Origin: Octopus bimaculoides
Lineage: Eukaryota
Reading direction: 5' to 3'
Length of the DNA stretch: 34,780 nucleotides
NCBI RefSeq assembly: GCF_001194135.2
Contig: NC_068986.1
Location: 93,869,200 to 93,903,979 of the forward strand
The first letter of the stretch is position 1; each line of letters begins with the position of its first letter. A program made the translations under genes and the position numbers. The notes under the pieces were generated by a model. It was not told the DNA's origin. It searched no databases and saw only the letters and a list, made by a program, of their open reading frames with translations. Shown piece by piece: positions 33,886 through 34,780 of this stretch.

Positions 33886-33930
33886 CCTAGCCAGGCTCAT
33901 GGGCCCGGTTTCACGGTTTCTATGGCGTAT
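33886..33930 (-). mobile_element. SINE family C 3' tail fragment
   Basis: Reverse complement atacgccatagaaaccgtgaaaccgggcccatgagcctggctagg parallels 18150-18189. Confidence 0.5.
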
Positions 33931-34254
33931 TTAGGGAAACGGGAAAATTACTGTAAGATAATACCCGATGCTTGCACACAAACACATTCAATGACATGCG
34001 CAAATCCGCAAACACACAAGCACAAGTACACACTCACATGCATGCGCATGTGCACACACATACACAGGCACACGTACAGACACATACGTTTGTGCATGCG
34101 TATGTGTGTGCATGTGTGTGTTTATTGTGCGAAATCGTATGTATTGGGTGTAAACGTACATATATATATACAAAGATGCACACACAAATACATACACAAC
34201 ACACACACGCACATACACACGCATACACACATATATATTTTCTAATGCATACGT

Positions 34255-34271
34255 ATGTAACATGTGTGAGT

Positions 34272-34333
<62 letters not shown>

Positions 34334-34345
34334 TATATATATAAA
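34255..34345. repeat. Long (AT)n; further (AT)n at both window ends
   Basis: Direct reading. Confidence 0.95.
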
Positions 34346-34717
34346 TACATATATACATGTATATATACTTATATATATGTGTGTATGTGTGTATATATAC
34401 ACATATATATATATACACATGCATATACATATACATCTATGTATACACACATGTATATGTGCCTGTACATATATGGAGATATACAGGTGTTTGTGCGCGT
34501 GTGTGCGAAATATGATATTGCCATAAACTATATATACAATAGCAATAAATGACAACATACAATATCGTTATCAGGTGACATATGGTTAGGAAATGTTTTA
34601 TTTTCATTATGTTGTCTCAACCTGAAATATTATCACATGTTAATATACAGTATAACAATGCGAACAAGAGTCACTAGTAGTCTCACTCTCTTCGCGTGTG
34701 CGGTTACATATATACAT

Positions 34718-34780
<63 letters not shown>

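Overview
AT-rich eukaryotic draft-assembly sequence with 9 N-gaps (about 3.5 kb in total). It is saturated with microsatellites and decayed transposable elements, and it starts and ends in (AT)n, so it may be a whole small scaffold. The SINE repertoire and microsatellite load point to an octopod cephalopod genome (inference, no database search). No host protein-coding gene can be supported; every long ORF in the track comes from N-runs or simple repeats. Recognisable content: three tRNA-headed SINE families in multiple copies, degenerate Tc1 and mariner-type transposase fragments, RTE LINE fragments, several R4/Dong-like RLE-endonuclease LINE fragments, a foldback element and a Penelope-like element 3' end. 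Best leads: (1) type I hammerhead ribozyme motifs, one with an intact core at 23307-23360 (-) and two decayed copies exactly 200 bp apart behind the Penelope-like ORF end; (2) a two-piece templated insertion copied from about 6 kb upstream, with end-joining signatures; (3) a 117-bp segment between 25-bp inverted repeats, present in both orientations; (4) RLE LINEs embedded in (TACA)n; (5) a CCAAT plus RFX X-box promoter-like module. Element boundaries are read by eye and are approximate unless stated otherwise.
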